Shown here piece by piece: positions 25,021 through 36,962 of a DNA stretch of 64,000 nucleotides. Source of the DNA: Octopus vulgaris (Eukaryota); NCBI GenBank assembly GCA_951406725.2, contig OX597815.1:84258001-84322000 (forward strand). Direction: 5' to 3'. The notes beneath the pieces were generated by a model that saw only the letters and a program-made list of their open reading frames with translations, was not told the DNA's origin and searched no databases. The translations under genes were made by a program, and so were the position numbers. Positions within the stretch are counted from its first letter, which is position 1, and every line of letters begins with the position of its first letter.

Positions 25021-28000
25021 TTATATATATATAAAGATATACACTTAAATGCATATATACATATATGCATGTAGGGATGTATTAAAATTTGATGCTGAGA
25101 ACATGCATACTTTTCCATCAAACAAAGAAATATACGTGAAACATACCCATCAAAATAAGTTAAATGTTAACTGAGATACCTGATATTGCTTTGGGCTGAA
25201 AAGAAAACATGTGCTCTCCTGTAGTGTTTACGGTTCCTTCAGATGTCAACATTTCAATCAATGTTAGCTAGAATAATATTTATAGGTAAATTCTTCGCAA
25301 ACTATTTCTCTCAAGATTAAGAAGTTATACGTTTACTCATAACGCTTAGTAAACTGAATGTTGGAATTGTAATCTAGACAGTTTGAGATTCTTAGGTCGG
25401 AAAATGGCCTCTAAACTTGTACTATGCAAATTCATCATTTAATAAAATGAAAAAGAAGCAATAATTATCTGCAGTTGTCACTGCAAAATTCTAGCGATGT
25501 TGCTTTGTATTTTTTGTCTGAAAGCAACCACTTCTTTATTGGAAGAAATGAAATTTAAAAAATAGAGAAAGGGAGCATAAATATCCACAGGCAATCATAC
25601 ATACACACAAACACAGATATGTGTTTATACGTACATATATGCATATTCATACATTTAAACTCGGTGTGAGTAGTTGTCTATTTGGTATGGGAGTCTATTC
25701 ATAGAATATATCTTCTTTTACGTTAATGCCAAGACTATCAGTTTTGTTAAATAACTGGTAATCCTTCTAATTATATTCATTAAAGTATAATTTTGTTCCA
25801 GATCGTAGCAATATTAGTGTAAACCTCAAATTTCCTGGGCAAGAATTTACTGCAAAATATATGGTTCGACACGACAGCATCAACATATCCGGGGAAAATT
25901 CGAAAGATAACATCGAGTAAGGTAAACAATATTTTATGCAAACAGCTTTTGAATGTAGCATATCATTTCGACAACATCTACTAATCGGCAAGTGTTTAAG
26001 TGTGCTCATGGTTCAAGTCAGTGTTCATGAGGCAGAGAATAATGCGACAGTTTTAGAGAAATACATAGAAAGGTATTCGTTGCCTGATGACCTGCTCATA
26101 CATCCTCAGAAGTTTCACATATTCACTTCCACAGGTTATCATAACAAAAGCTATATGCATCTAAACAAATCTTGTATGACATTATTGTCAAGATTCTTCA
26201 AAATGACAGCAATAATGATAAACACAGTAATTCATCTTAGACTAATATTCGAGGTGTTAGCTCTCACTTTGAAGAATATGCTTTTTCAAAAAAGGAATAA
26301 AAGATAGCAACAATATACATGATGTGCAAATACGATATAGATACAAATATAACACTTAGCCGCGATACTGAGGCGATACAGATGTTATTCACATCATGCG
26401 TAACTATCAGGAAATGTCATCACCATATTTTATATCATGGCCAGAACATTGCACAACATAATCTATGTAAAGAATAATCCTGAGGTTATCAAATATAATA
26501 AGATATAGTTTCGTGTAGGGAATATACACTCATATGAAGGAATAGTTATGGAATGCCTCAAAACATTTGTTAAATACAGGCAAAGAAGACCATTCATGGT
26601 GATCAGAGATGTTAATATGGTGTCCAGGATAAATGTAAGATAAAACATCTATAGTGAACTAATGATAAATCTAATTAGTTTAGCCAGAATATAACATCAG
26701 ATTTCTAAGCATAATTATTGAGATACTAACTGCCTTACATCCAAATCTTAAAATGTAGGATTTTACAAAGCTAAGACGCGTAAATAGGGAATTACAAGTG
26801 CAAACTATTACGGAGCCTTTTAAAATATGGAAACTAATCCAGAAGTGAAGCATATACGTGCACCTATCTAGACATGCAAACTAATGACAGTCTGCACATA
26901 GATAAGACAAAATATACAGAACTACACCGGAAAAGATATCTATAGCCGCCCCTCACACACACATACACTCACACTTATGTATATACGTGTATATATCCCT
27001 ATGTATATGCATGTCTAAAGACACCAGAATCAGAGACTACTAACATTTTTAGAAATAAAGTATACTGTGAACATTCCCATAAAACAGCAACCGGTGTAAG
27101 CACAATTTACATCTATGAAGTTTGCAATAAAATGGGATTTCACTAAGTGAGAAATCGTTGCAACGAGAGATTTCCTAAGTATTTTCGCGATGCAGTAATA
27201 GTTCAAGGCTTCTCATGAGCCAGCAGTACTCCCAATGATTGAATGGATGATGCTGTTGCGTATATGTGTGAGTGTCTGTATATAGGCATCCATGTGTCTC
27301 TATGTATATGTGTATCTGTGTTCTTGATAGGGGATGTGTTCTTATCTGCTTATGTCATTGTTTAGGCTTGACAATGTCAATTGGTTTCTGATATTCTATG
27401 CATGTGCAGGTTTATCTGCGTGCTTGTATGCAAGCATGTGGATGTCAATGTGTATTCCTATATGCTTCTGCTTGTTTGTTGGTATCAAGCAAACATTTAG
27501 ATAACCAGACCAGGTTGGTATATCTCCGAACACTTATAAGTGCTGCGCGTACAGTATGCATAAATGCTTTGAGTTTTGTGTATTCGCGTGTAAACGTTTT
27601 AGTCTGTTTCCATACATGTCACGTGCATGTGTGTGTGTGCTTATATATGTATTCATACAGGCGTGCGGGAGTAGTAGAATATGTCTTGTGGAAATTGTTT
27701 CAAAGTGTGTAAAGCCATAAAAAGAAGGACAATTCCGTTTAAATTCCGTTTGATGACAACAACATTTACCAAGAATAATGCATATCTAAGAAGAATAGTT
27801 TCTTCCGCAGAGTGTAATTCCTTAGGCATTATTAGAAAATCAGTAATAATTGAAATAAAGACACTGGGAGGAGATATCAATAGATTTAAAAGAATATTTT
27901 CTCGCTTTCCAGTGTAACGTTTTCGATGATTTGACTTCTTTATTATAAGAAACTGTTTTTTGTAATATAAAGGAAACAACTTTGCAAAAAATAAGTCTGG

Positions 28001-29510
28001 CTGAAGGTACATTTATAAATTCACTTTGTGATTACATTGGTCACCGGTTCTATCACACTTTTAGGCACGCTAAGCAAATATTTCTTTCATGGTCTTTTGT
28101 TAACCAATAACCGCATTGATGCATAATCTTAATTTGTCACTTTAATACAACTGAAGATTTTATTGGAATGGGGAAATGCAATCGACGCTACCCTATATAT
28201 ATTTTATTGACAAAAAAGTAATAGCATCCAAATCCATCGCTAACAGTATTGAAACATTATAGAACCAGGCAAATAAGCAGATGTAATGTTGCTTGAGATG
28301 CTGTTTAATGAAAAGAAAAGAGCTCTTTTACTTATCAAATCAGTGTTTTGTAAATGTTTAGCAAGTATTAAATAGCATTAGGAACAAAAGATTCCAGAGA
28401 AGATCTAATAAACATAGAAAATATCAATATAGCAAACGTCGAAAATTTAGAACGCTTTAAAAAAAGTATCAATCTTTAAAGATACCATGACGCAAATGTA
28501 GACATCACTTTGTTTTCAAGAAAGAATTATGAAGCAGCGATTCTCCAGGAAGGTGATAAGGGCAATATTCAAATGATACTAAACCATCTATTATAGGAAA
28601 AGATGAATCCAATCTAAAGAGAATAAAATGATCCTGAGAATAAAGATGATGAAAATAGATGCACTTATCTCCCTTCAGCCACATCAGTTGATTATGGATA
28701 ATTTTCATCAATTTGTGTCGGAGTTCGTAAACAACAGCGTCATTTGTTGTATGGTTCCATCATGGAAGACATTGGTTCTCTTTGTTTATGTCGGTAAAAC
28801 TCACAAAGGATTAACCAATTCCACGAATGCGATTTTCATTGGAAAGCGTCGCTGTTTCAGTTTTTTATCGTTGTTATCATATTTTGCTGATATATATCTG
28901 TAAAAGGTTGGCACACATACATATATACACACATACATATGGACACTCATACATATGTACACACACATAAGTATGCATATATACGATAGATTCCGCGCAA
29001 TTCCGTCACCCAACTTTCACATACAAGCTATTGAAAATGATAGAACTCGAGTATGCTGACGTTCAAGGGAGAAAAGTTTGGGTCAAGTAATAATCGCAGT
29101 TTAGAAGTTTTAATAACCTAGCTGAGAAGAGAAGGAGAGATGAGTGTGAATGGAAGTAATACGAGAGGCCACTAGAGTTGCAGAATAATTTAGATGAGGA
29201 CTTCATATGTTTGTGTGTCAGTAATTGGAGTGGCCTTTTTTTCAAAGCCGCCTAAGACGCCTATATATGAAGCACCCGTACCGCTCGACATTCAGGTACA
29301 ATATTCCGTAGTGTGTCTTACTAGAGTTCTACAGAAAGTTTCTTTTTTAATGAGGTAGTTTTCTGGACTTGATGAAGAATAACTGTTATGTGCATCATTT
29401 GCTATGCTATGGATGTGAGACTACTGTGAGAGACACAGAGTAATGAGTCCCGGCACCTATGGCAGTTTTGATGTCTCTGGTAATGTGTTTTTAAAGTTAA
29501 GAGAAGACAA

Positions 29511-29735
29511 AGGCAATGACCTGGCAGAATCGCTAGCATGGCGGGCAAAATGTTTGGTGGTATTTCGTCTGTCTTTACCTTCTGAGTTCAAATGCAGCCG
29601 AGATCGACTTTGCCTTTCATCCTTTTGGGGTCGATAAAATAAGTACCAGTTGAGCAATGGGGTTGATGTAATAGACTTAATCGACTTACTCTCTCCTACA
29701 AAATTACTGGCCTTGTGCCAAAATTGGTAACCAAT
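29511..29735 (+). mobile_element. SINE family A
   Basis: CTGGCAGAATCGCTAGC...GAGTTCAAAT...GCCTTTCATCCTTTTGGGGTCGATAAAATAAGTACCAG. Confidence 0.8.
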
Positions 29736-30131
29736 GTTGATAAATGATAAGAAAAATATAATTTTTTTCTCCATTTGTGTTGAGGTTGTGTCTTCGTGCT
29801 GCTGAATGGAACAATAATAATCATATGTGATTATTATTGTATATATATATATATATATATGCAATAAAGTGTGGAATGTAATTAATTTAATAAAATTAAT
29901 CAATTTCACCTAGTAGATTTATCGGTATGGAAAAGACCATATTTGGTAAGGGTTATAATAATTATAAATAAGGGTTAAATGCAACAAGTTGCTCAAAACC
30001 GCATACCGAAAATATTAGAAATAGCAGCCAAAATTGGTCACTATTTCCTCTACTATTAAAAAGTCTCCACAAACAAACAGAATTTGTAAGCTGTATATGG
30101 CAAAAAAGGCAGAAAATAACGAAATCCCAGC

Positions 30132-30210
30132 CTATGGATTAATTATAGACGACTAGTTTCTGGATTAGAACCGAAGGTTCATTTCCTTGTCAATATAATA
30201 TTTCCTATAG
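30132..30210 (-). ncRNA. Hammerhead motif, array unit 1 (stem III variant GAAACTAGTCGTC)
   Basis: Same motif on the minus strand; core at 30187-30193, predicted cut between 30148 and 30147; one substitution in stem III. Confidence 0.6.
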
Positions 30211-30691
30211 ATCTAGAAATGCTAGGGGAAAAAAACTCACCCGTTACACCAATACGATCAGCGACATCGGACGGTCTAACAGAACTGCTAGCATTCCTAC
30301 ACCTATACCGACATGTGAATTCATATTTCCCTCCAAAATTTACCACGTGAGCTACAAAAACGTTACCAACGAAACGAAAAATTCGTAGATAACTTGTAAG
30401 GGAGCAAAAGTATTCAATATGCAATAAAGTGTGGAATGTAATTAATTTAATAAAATTAATCAATTTCACCTAGTAGATTTATCGGTATGGAAAAGACCAT
30501 ATTTGGTAAGGGTTATAATAATTATAAATAAGGGTTAAATGCAACAAGTTGCTCAAAACCGCATACCGAAAATATTAGAAATAGCAGCCAAAATTGGTCA
30601 CCATTTCCTCTACTATTAAAAAGTCTCCACAAACAAACAGAATTTGTAAGCTGTATATGGCAAAAAAGGCAGAAAGTAACGAAATCCCAGC

Positions 30692-30770
30692 CTATGGATT
30701 AATTATAGACGACTCGTTTCTGGATTAGAACCGAAGGTTCATTTCCTTGTCAATATAATATTTCCTATAG
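30692..30770 (-). ncRNA. Hammerhead motif, array unit 2
   Basis: Reverse complement of 34278-34356. Confidence 0.7.
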
Positions 30771-31250
30771 ATCTAGAAATGCTAGGGAAAAAAACTCACC
30801 CGTTACACCAATACGATCAGCGACATCGGACGGTCTAACAGAACTGCTAGCATTCCTACACCTATACCGACATGTGAATTCATATTTCCCTCCAAAATTT
30901 ACCACGTGAGCTACAAAAACGTTACCAACGAAACGAAAAATTCGTAGATAACTTGTAAGGGAGCAAAAGTATTCAATATGCAATAAAGTGTGGAATGTAA
31001 TTAATTTAATAAAATTAATCAATTTCACCTAGTAGATTTATCGGTATGGAAAAGACCATATTTGGTAAGGGTTATAATAATTATAAATAAGGGTTAAATG
31101 CAACAAGTTGCTCAAAACCGCATACCGAAAATATTAGAAATAGCAGCCAAAATTGGTCACCATTTCCTCTACTATTAAAAAGTCTCCACAAACAAACAGA
31201 ATTTGTAAGCTGTATATGGCAAAAAAGGCAGAAAATAACGAAATCCCAGC

Positions 31251-31329
31251 CTATGGATTAATTATAGACGACTCGTTTCTGGATTAGAACCGAAGGTTCA
31301 TTTCCTTGTCAATATAATATTTCCTATAG
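31251..31329 (-). ncRNA. Hammerhead motif, array unit 3
   Basis: Reverse complement of 34278-34356. Confidence 0.7.
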
Positions 31330-31810
31330 ATCTAGAAATGCTAGGGGAAAAAAACTCACCCGTTACACCAATACGATCAGCGACATCGGACGGTCTAACA
31401 GAACTGCTAGCATTCCTACACCTATACCGACATGTGAATTCATATTTCCCTCCAAAATTTACCACGTGAGCTACAAAAACGTTACCAACGAAACGAAAAA
31501 TTCGTAGATAACTTGTAAGGGAGCAAAAGTATTCAATATGCAATAAAGTGTGGAATGTAATTAATTTAATAAAATTAATCAATTTCACCTAGTAGATTTA
31601 TCGGTATGGAAAAGACCATATTTGGTAAGGGTTATAATAATTATAAATAAGGGTTAAATGCAAAAAGTTGCTCAAAACCGCATACCGAAAATATTAGAAA
31701 TAGCAGCCAAAATTGGTCACCATTTCCTCTACTATTAAAAAGTCTCCACAAACAAACAGAATTTGTAAGCTGTATATGGCAAAAAAGGCAGAAAATAACG
31801 AAATCCCAGC

Positions 31811-31889
31811 CTATGGATTAATTATAGACGACTCGTTTCTGGATTAGAACCGAAGGTTCATTTCCTTGTCAATATAATATTTCCTATAG
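31811..31889 (-). ncRNA. Hammerhead motif, array unit 4
   Basis: Reverse complement of 34278-34356. Confidence 0.7.
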
Positions 31890-32369
31890 ATCTAGAAATG
31901 CTAGGGAAAAAAACTCACCCGTTACACCAATACGATCAGCGACATCGGACGGTCTAACAGAACTGCTAGCATTCCTACACCTATACCGACATGTGAATTC
32001 ATATTTCCCTCCAAAATTTACCACGTGAGCTACAAAAACGTTACCAACGAAACGAAAAATTCGTAGATAACTTGTAAGGGAGCAAAAGTATTCAATATGC
32101 AATAAAGTGTGGAATGTAATTAATTTAATAAAATTAATCAATTTCACCTAGTAGATTTATCGGTATGGAAAAGACCATATTTGGTAAGGGTTATAATAAT
32201 TATAAATAAGGGTTAAATGCAACAAGTTGCTCAAAACCGCATACCGAAAATATTAGAAATAGCAGCCAAAATTGGTCACCATTTCCTCTACTATTAAAAA
32301 GTCTCCACAAACAAACAGAATTTGTAAGCTGTATATGGCAAAAAAGGCAGAAAATAACGAAATCCCAGC

Positions 32370-32448
32370 CTATGGATTAATTATAGACGACTCGTTTCTG
32401 GATTAGAACCGAAGGTTCATTTCCTTGTCAATATAATATTTCCTATAG
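32370..32448 (-). ncRNA. Hammerhead motif, array unit 5
   Basis: Reverse complement of 34278-34356. Confidence 0.7.
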
Positions 32449-32927
32449 ATCTAGAAATGCTAGGGAAAAAACTCACCCGTTACACCAATACGATCAGCGA
32501 CATCGGACGGTCTAACAGAACTGCTAGCATTCCTACACCTATACCGACATGTGAATTCATATTTCCCTCCAAAATTTACCACGTGAGCTACAAAAACGTT
32601 ACCAACGAAACGAAAAATTCGTAGATAACTTGTAAGGGAGCAAAAGTATTCAATATGCAATAAAGTGTGGAATGTAATTAATTTAATAAAATTAATCAAT
32701 TTCACCTAGTAGATTTATCGGTATGGAAAAGACCATATTTGGTAAGGGTTATAATAATTATAAATAAGGGTTAAATGCAACAAGTTGCTCAAAACCGCAT
32801 ACCGAAAATATTAGAAATAGCAGCCAAAATTGGTCACCATTTCCTCTACTATTAAAAAGTCTCCACAAACAAACAGAATTTGTAAGCTGTATATGGCAAA
32901 AAAGGCAGAAAATAACGAAATCCCAGC

Positions 32928-33006
32928 CTATGGATTAATTATAGACGACTCGTTTCTGGATTAGAACCGAAGGTTCATTTCCTTGTCAATATAATATTTC
33001 CTATAG
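32928..33006 (-). ncRNA. Hammerhead motif, array unit 6
   Basis: Reverse complement of 34278-34356. Confidence 0.7.
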
Positions 33007-33487
33007 ATCTAGAAATGCTAGGGGAAAAAAACTCACCCGTTACACCAATACGATCAGCGACATCGGACGGTCTAACAGAACTGCTAGCATTCCTACACCT
33101 ATACCGACATGTGAATTCATATTTCCCTCCAAAATTTACCACGTGAGCTACAAAAACGTTACCAACGAAACGAAAAATTCGTAGATAACTTGTAAGGGAG
33201 CAAAAGTATTCAATATGCAATAAAGTGTGGAATGTAATTAATTTAATAAAATTAATCAATTTCACCTAGTAGATTTATCGGTATGGAAAAGACCATATTT
33301 GGTAAGGGTTATAATAATTATAAATAAGGGTTAAATGCAACAAGTTGCTCAAAACCGCATACCGAAAATATTAGAAATAGCAGCCAAAATTGGTCACCAT
33401 TTCCTCTACTATTAAAAAGTCTCCACAAACAAACAGAATTTGTAAGCTGTATATGGCAAAAAAGGCAGAAAATAACGAAATCCCAGC

Positions 33488-33566
33488 CTATGGATTAATT
33501 ATAGACGACTCGTTTCTGGATTAGAACCGAAGGTTCATTTCCTTGTCAATATAATATTTCCTATAG
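33488..33566 (-). ncRNA. Hammerhead motif, array unit 7
   Basis: Reverse complement of 34278-34356. Confidence 0.7.
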
Positions 33567-33853
33567 ATCTAGAAATGCTAGGGGAAAAAAAAACTCACCC
33601 GTTACACCAATACGATCAGCGACATCGGACGGTCTAACAGAACTGCTAGCATTCCTACACCTATACCGACATGTGAATTCATATTTCCCTCCAAAATTTA
33701 CCACGTGAGCTACAAAAACGTTACCAACGAAACTAAAAATTCGTCTTGTAAGGGAGCAAAAGTATTCAATATGCAATAAAGTGTGGAATGTAATTAATTT
33801 AATAAAATTAATCAATTTCACCTAGTAGATTTATCGGTATGGAAAAGACCATA

Positions 33854-34522
33854 TTTGTTTGTGGAGACTTTTTAATAGTAGAGGAAATGGTGACCAATTT
33901 TGGCTGCTATTTCTAATATTTTCGGAATGCGGTTTTGAGCAACTTGTTGCATTTAACCCTTATTTATAATTATTATAACCCTTACCAAATATGGTCTTTT
34001 CCATACCGATAAATCTACTAGGTGAAATTGATTAATTTTATTAAATTAATTACATTCCACACTTTATTGCATATTGAATACTTTTGCTCCCTTACAAGTT
34101 ATCTACGAATTTTTCGTTTCGTTGGTAACGTTTTTGTAGCTCACGTGGTAAATTTTGGAGGGAAATATGAATTCACATGTCGGTATAGGTGTAGGAATGC
34201 TAGCAGTTCTGTTAGACCGTCCGATGTCGCTGATCGTATTGGTGTAACGGGTGAGTTTTTTCCTAGCATTTCTAGATCTATAGGAAATATTATATTGACA
34301 AGGAAATGAACCTTCGGTTCTAATCCAGAAACGAGTCGTCTATAATTAATCCATAGGCTGGGATTTCGTTATTTTCTGCCTTTTTGCCATATACAGCTTA
34401 CAAATTCTGTTTGTTTGTGGAGACTTTTTAATAGTAGAGGAAATGGTGACCAATTTTGGCTGCTATTTCTAATATTTTCGGTATGCGGTTTTGAGCAACT
34501 TTTTGCATTTAACCCTTATTTA

Positions 34523-34530
<8 letters not shown>
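33854..34530 (+). mobile_element. Inverted 1.2-unit copy of the same 559-bp monomer
   Basis: Reverse complement of the array unit; joined to the array through shared TTTG (33854-33857); runs into (TA)n at ~34527-34592. Confidence 0.9.
34278..34356 (+). ncRNA. Type I hammerhead ribozyme motif, U3:A8 core variant (inverted copy)
   Basis: ATTATA-TTGACAA-GGA aat GAACC ttc GGTTC taa TCC a-GAAA-CGAGTC-GTC-TATAAT. Stem I ATTATA/TATAAT extends via GGA/TCC and CTAT/ATAG; core 34295-34301; near-palindromic stem III ACGAGTCGT; predicted cut after GUC at 34340. Confidence 0.7.
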
Positions 34531-34591
<61 letters not shown>

Positions 34592-35139
34592 GTATACGCA
34601 GTTGGTGTGAAACAGTGAATTTCATCATGTACAGGTGCTTTATTGACATGAGACGGTAGGTTGTGACTGAGGAAATTTAGCTGCTATTTCTAGCAGTTGG
34701 ACTTACACGCCCTCTCAGTTACCACTCGCACAATTAGTACTTATAATAAACATAACTCCACTCAGATCATATTCCTGAAAGCACAGTAGAAAATTACCTA
34801 AATTCACACGAAAAAAAAATACATGATGAATACGGATTCGGTCATGATTGGTGGCGGGTGGTATATGATGATGATGATGATGACGACGACAGCCACGATG
34901 ATGGTGATGAAGATGATGACAACGAGAACGGTCGTGTTGGCATCGATAACATTGACGACGACGACGACAACGAAGGCAATGAGGAGGTAGTGCTTTTCTA
35001 TAATACTCCAAGGAAGCTCTGATAAAATGCATGTGGGGAAATCAATGTATTCCCTAAAAACAAAAACAAAAATAAAAGAAAACATTTAATGTTGATATTC
35101 TAGCATTTCGAAAGACAGCATCGAGTCTTCCTTGTTATT

Positions 35140-35165
35140 GGAATGACGATGATGATAACGATCAC

Positions 35166-35209
<44 letters not shown>

Positions 35210-35649
35210 TGACGACGACGACGATGACGATGATGAGGAGGAGGAAGATTGTCATCATCATCATCATGTGGAGGAGGAGAGGATCATGATAATGATGCTG
35301 ATCATGCTCATGACCATGATGAAAAGGATGAGAAAAAGAATGGTTAGAATAGAAAAGATATATATTGTGATAGTGATGATGATAGTTCTTTTATAGCCAG
35401 CAATATACAGAATAAATTTCATGAAGAATTAAATTTCCAAACAATTTTGAAATCTTCATTTAATTCTATGATCGAATATTACTTTTGCAACACCATTTAC
35501 CCATTTCACTATAACATGCCATCGTCAGCATCATCGCCATCATTACTAGCATCATCGTTACCATCATCATCATCATCATCGTCATCATTATCATCACCAT
35601 CATCATCATTACCTCAACCACCACCACCACCATCAATATCGTCATCATC

Positions 35650-35681
<32 letters not shown>

Positions 35682-36675
35682 CATCATCAATATCATCATC
35701 ACCATCATTATCATCATTGGCATTGTCGTCGTCATTGTCTTCCACATCAGCGGCATCATCTTCATCGTCATCATCAGCTTCATTACCACCCATAACATCG
35801 TCGTCATCATCATCATCATCATTGGCATTATTGACATCGTCGTCATCATTGTGTTTAGCATCACCATCATCATCATTATCATCATTATCATCATCATCGT
35901 TATAATCATCATCGTTATTATCATCATCACCATCATGATCATCGTCATCATTACCAACACCACCACCATCACCACCACCACCATCACCACCACCACCATC
36001 GCCATCACCTCCACCACCACCAATATCATCATCATCATCATCATTATCATCGTGAAGACCATCATTTACAGAGGCAGCATCAACTGCACAAACAGTTCTG
36101 TACTTGTCAGGGGTGTCGAAGGCTGAATATTGATGTAAAATGTTATGATAATTTGTTTTGGTTTTTTTGCAAACTTCTTCTTGGCCGTGTTTATGTTGCT
36201 TATTATTAGGAAATAATTATAAGACATATATTTTTCATTTTTAATATTTTTTGTTCGCTTCTTTTTTCGTTTTTATTTTTTATTTTTTTCGCAGGCAAAG
36301 AGAATTTTATTAATTACCACCAGGTGTCAAATGGAAAAGGAGATATTGTGACGCCATCGTACAAAGAATGAAATGACACCAGAGTGGAAAAATGTAACAC
36401 GGCGAAACAAAATAGATAACGAAAACAAAATACGATGCATCATCAGTATATTTTACCACCTGCTAAAACTTATTAACGAGTCAGCTTCGACAGTGCGGGG
36501 GCTTATTCATTTTTCATTGTTTCTGTTGTTGTTGTTGTTGTTCTTCTTCTTCTTCTTCTTCTTCTTCTTCTTCTTCTTCTTCTTCTTCTTCTTCTTCTTC
36601 TTCTTCTTCTTCTTCATGGCGTTATTTGTGATCATTATTACTGTTGTTGTTGTTGTTGTTGTTCTTCTTCTTCTT

Positions 36676-36756
<81 letters not shown>

Positions 36757-36760
36757 TACT
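35140..36760. repeat. Trinucleotide low-complexity block, (GAC/GAT)n, (CAT)n, (TTC)n, (TTA)n
   Basis: Direct reading. Confidence 0.95.
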
Positions 36761-36876
36761 ATAATTACTGTTGCTGTTGTTTTTGCTGCTGCTCGTCGGA
36801 TACATGGCATAAATAATACATTTCACACTGTATTACACATAAACATACATGATATATGTAACAAAATTTAAACCGT

Positions 36877-36962
<86 letters not shown>

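Larger units (their letters stand above)
29861..33857 (-). mobile_element. Tandem array of ~559-bp hammerhead-containing units (retrozyme / Penelope pLTR-like), ~7.15 copies
   Basis: GCAATAAAGTGTGG recurs at 29861, 30421, 30980, 31540, 32099, 32657, 33217, 33773 (periods 560, 559, 560, 559, 558, 560, 556); units nearly identical; left end abuts (TA)n 29840-29860; one minus-strand hammerhead fold per unit. The array is certain; the class is inferred. Confidence 0.85.

Noticed and set aside
26083-26120. CTGATGA hammerhead core (also at 5805, 8683, 38121)
   Set aside because: No properly placed stem II plus GAAA plus NUH.
27900-28850. PLE-like words (RF.DDL, GDKGN, YVGKT)
   Set aside because: Too short, and not in the expected order.
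29861-33857. CRISPR array, or rDNA/snRNA/tRNA tandem gene cluster
   Set aside because: No unique spacers, eukaryotic context, and no 5S, tRNA or U-snRNA sequence recognised in the unit.
34007-34060. Second hammerhead-like string in the unit (CCGATAA-ATCT act AGGT-GAAA...)
   Set aside because: No stem I complement after the putative cleavage site.
30179-34309. Repeated 81-96 aa ORF (MKLINFIKLITFH...) in every array unit
   Set aside because: Starts at GTG, its length changes with homopolymer slippage, and no domain is recognisable; it recurs only because the DNA is repeated.
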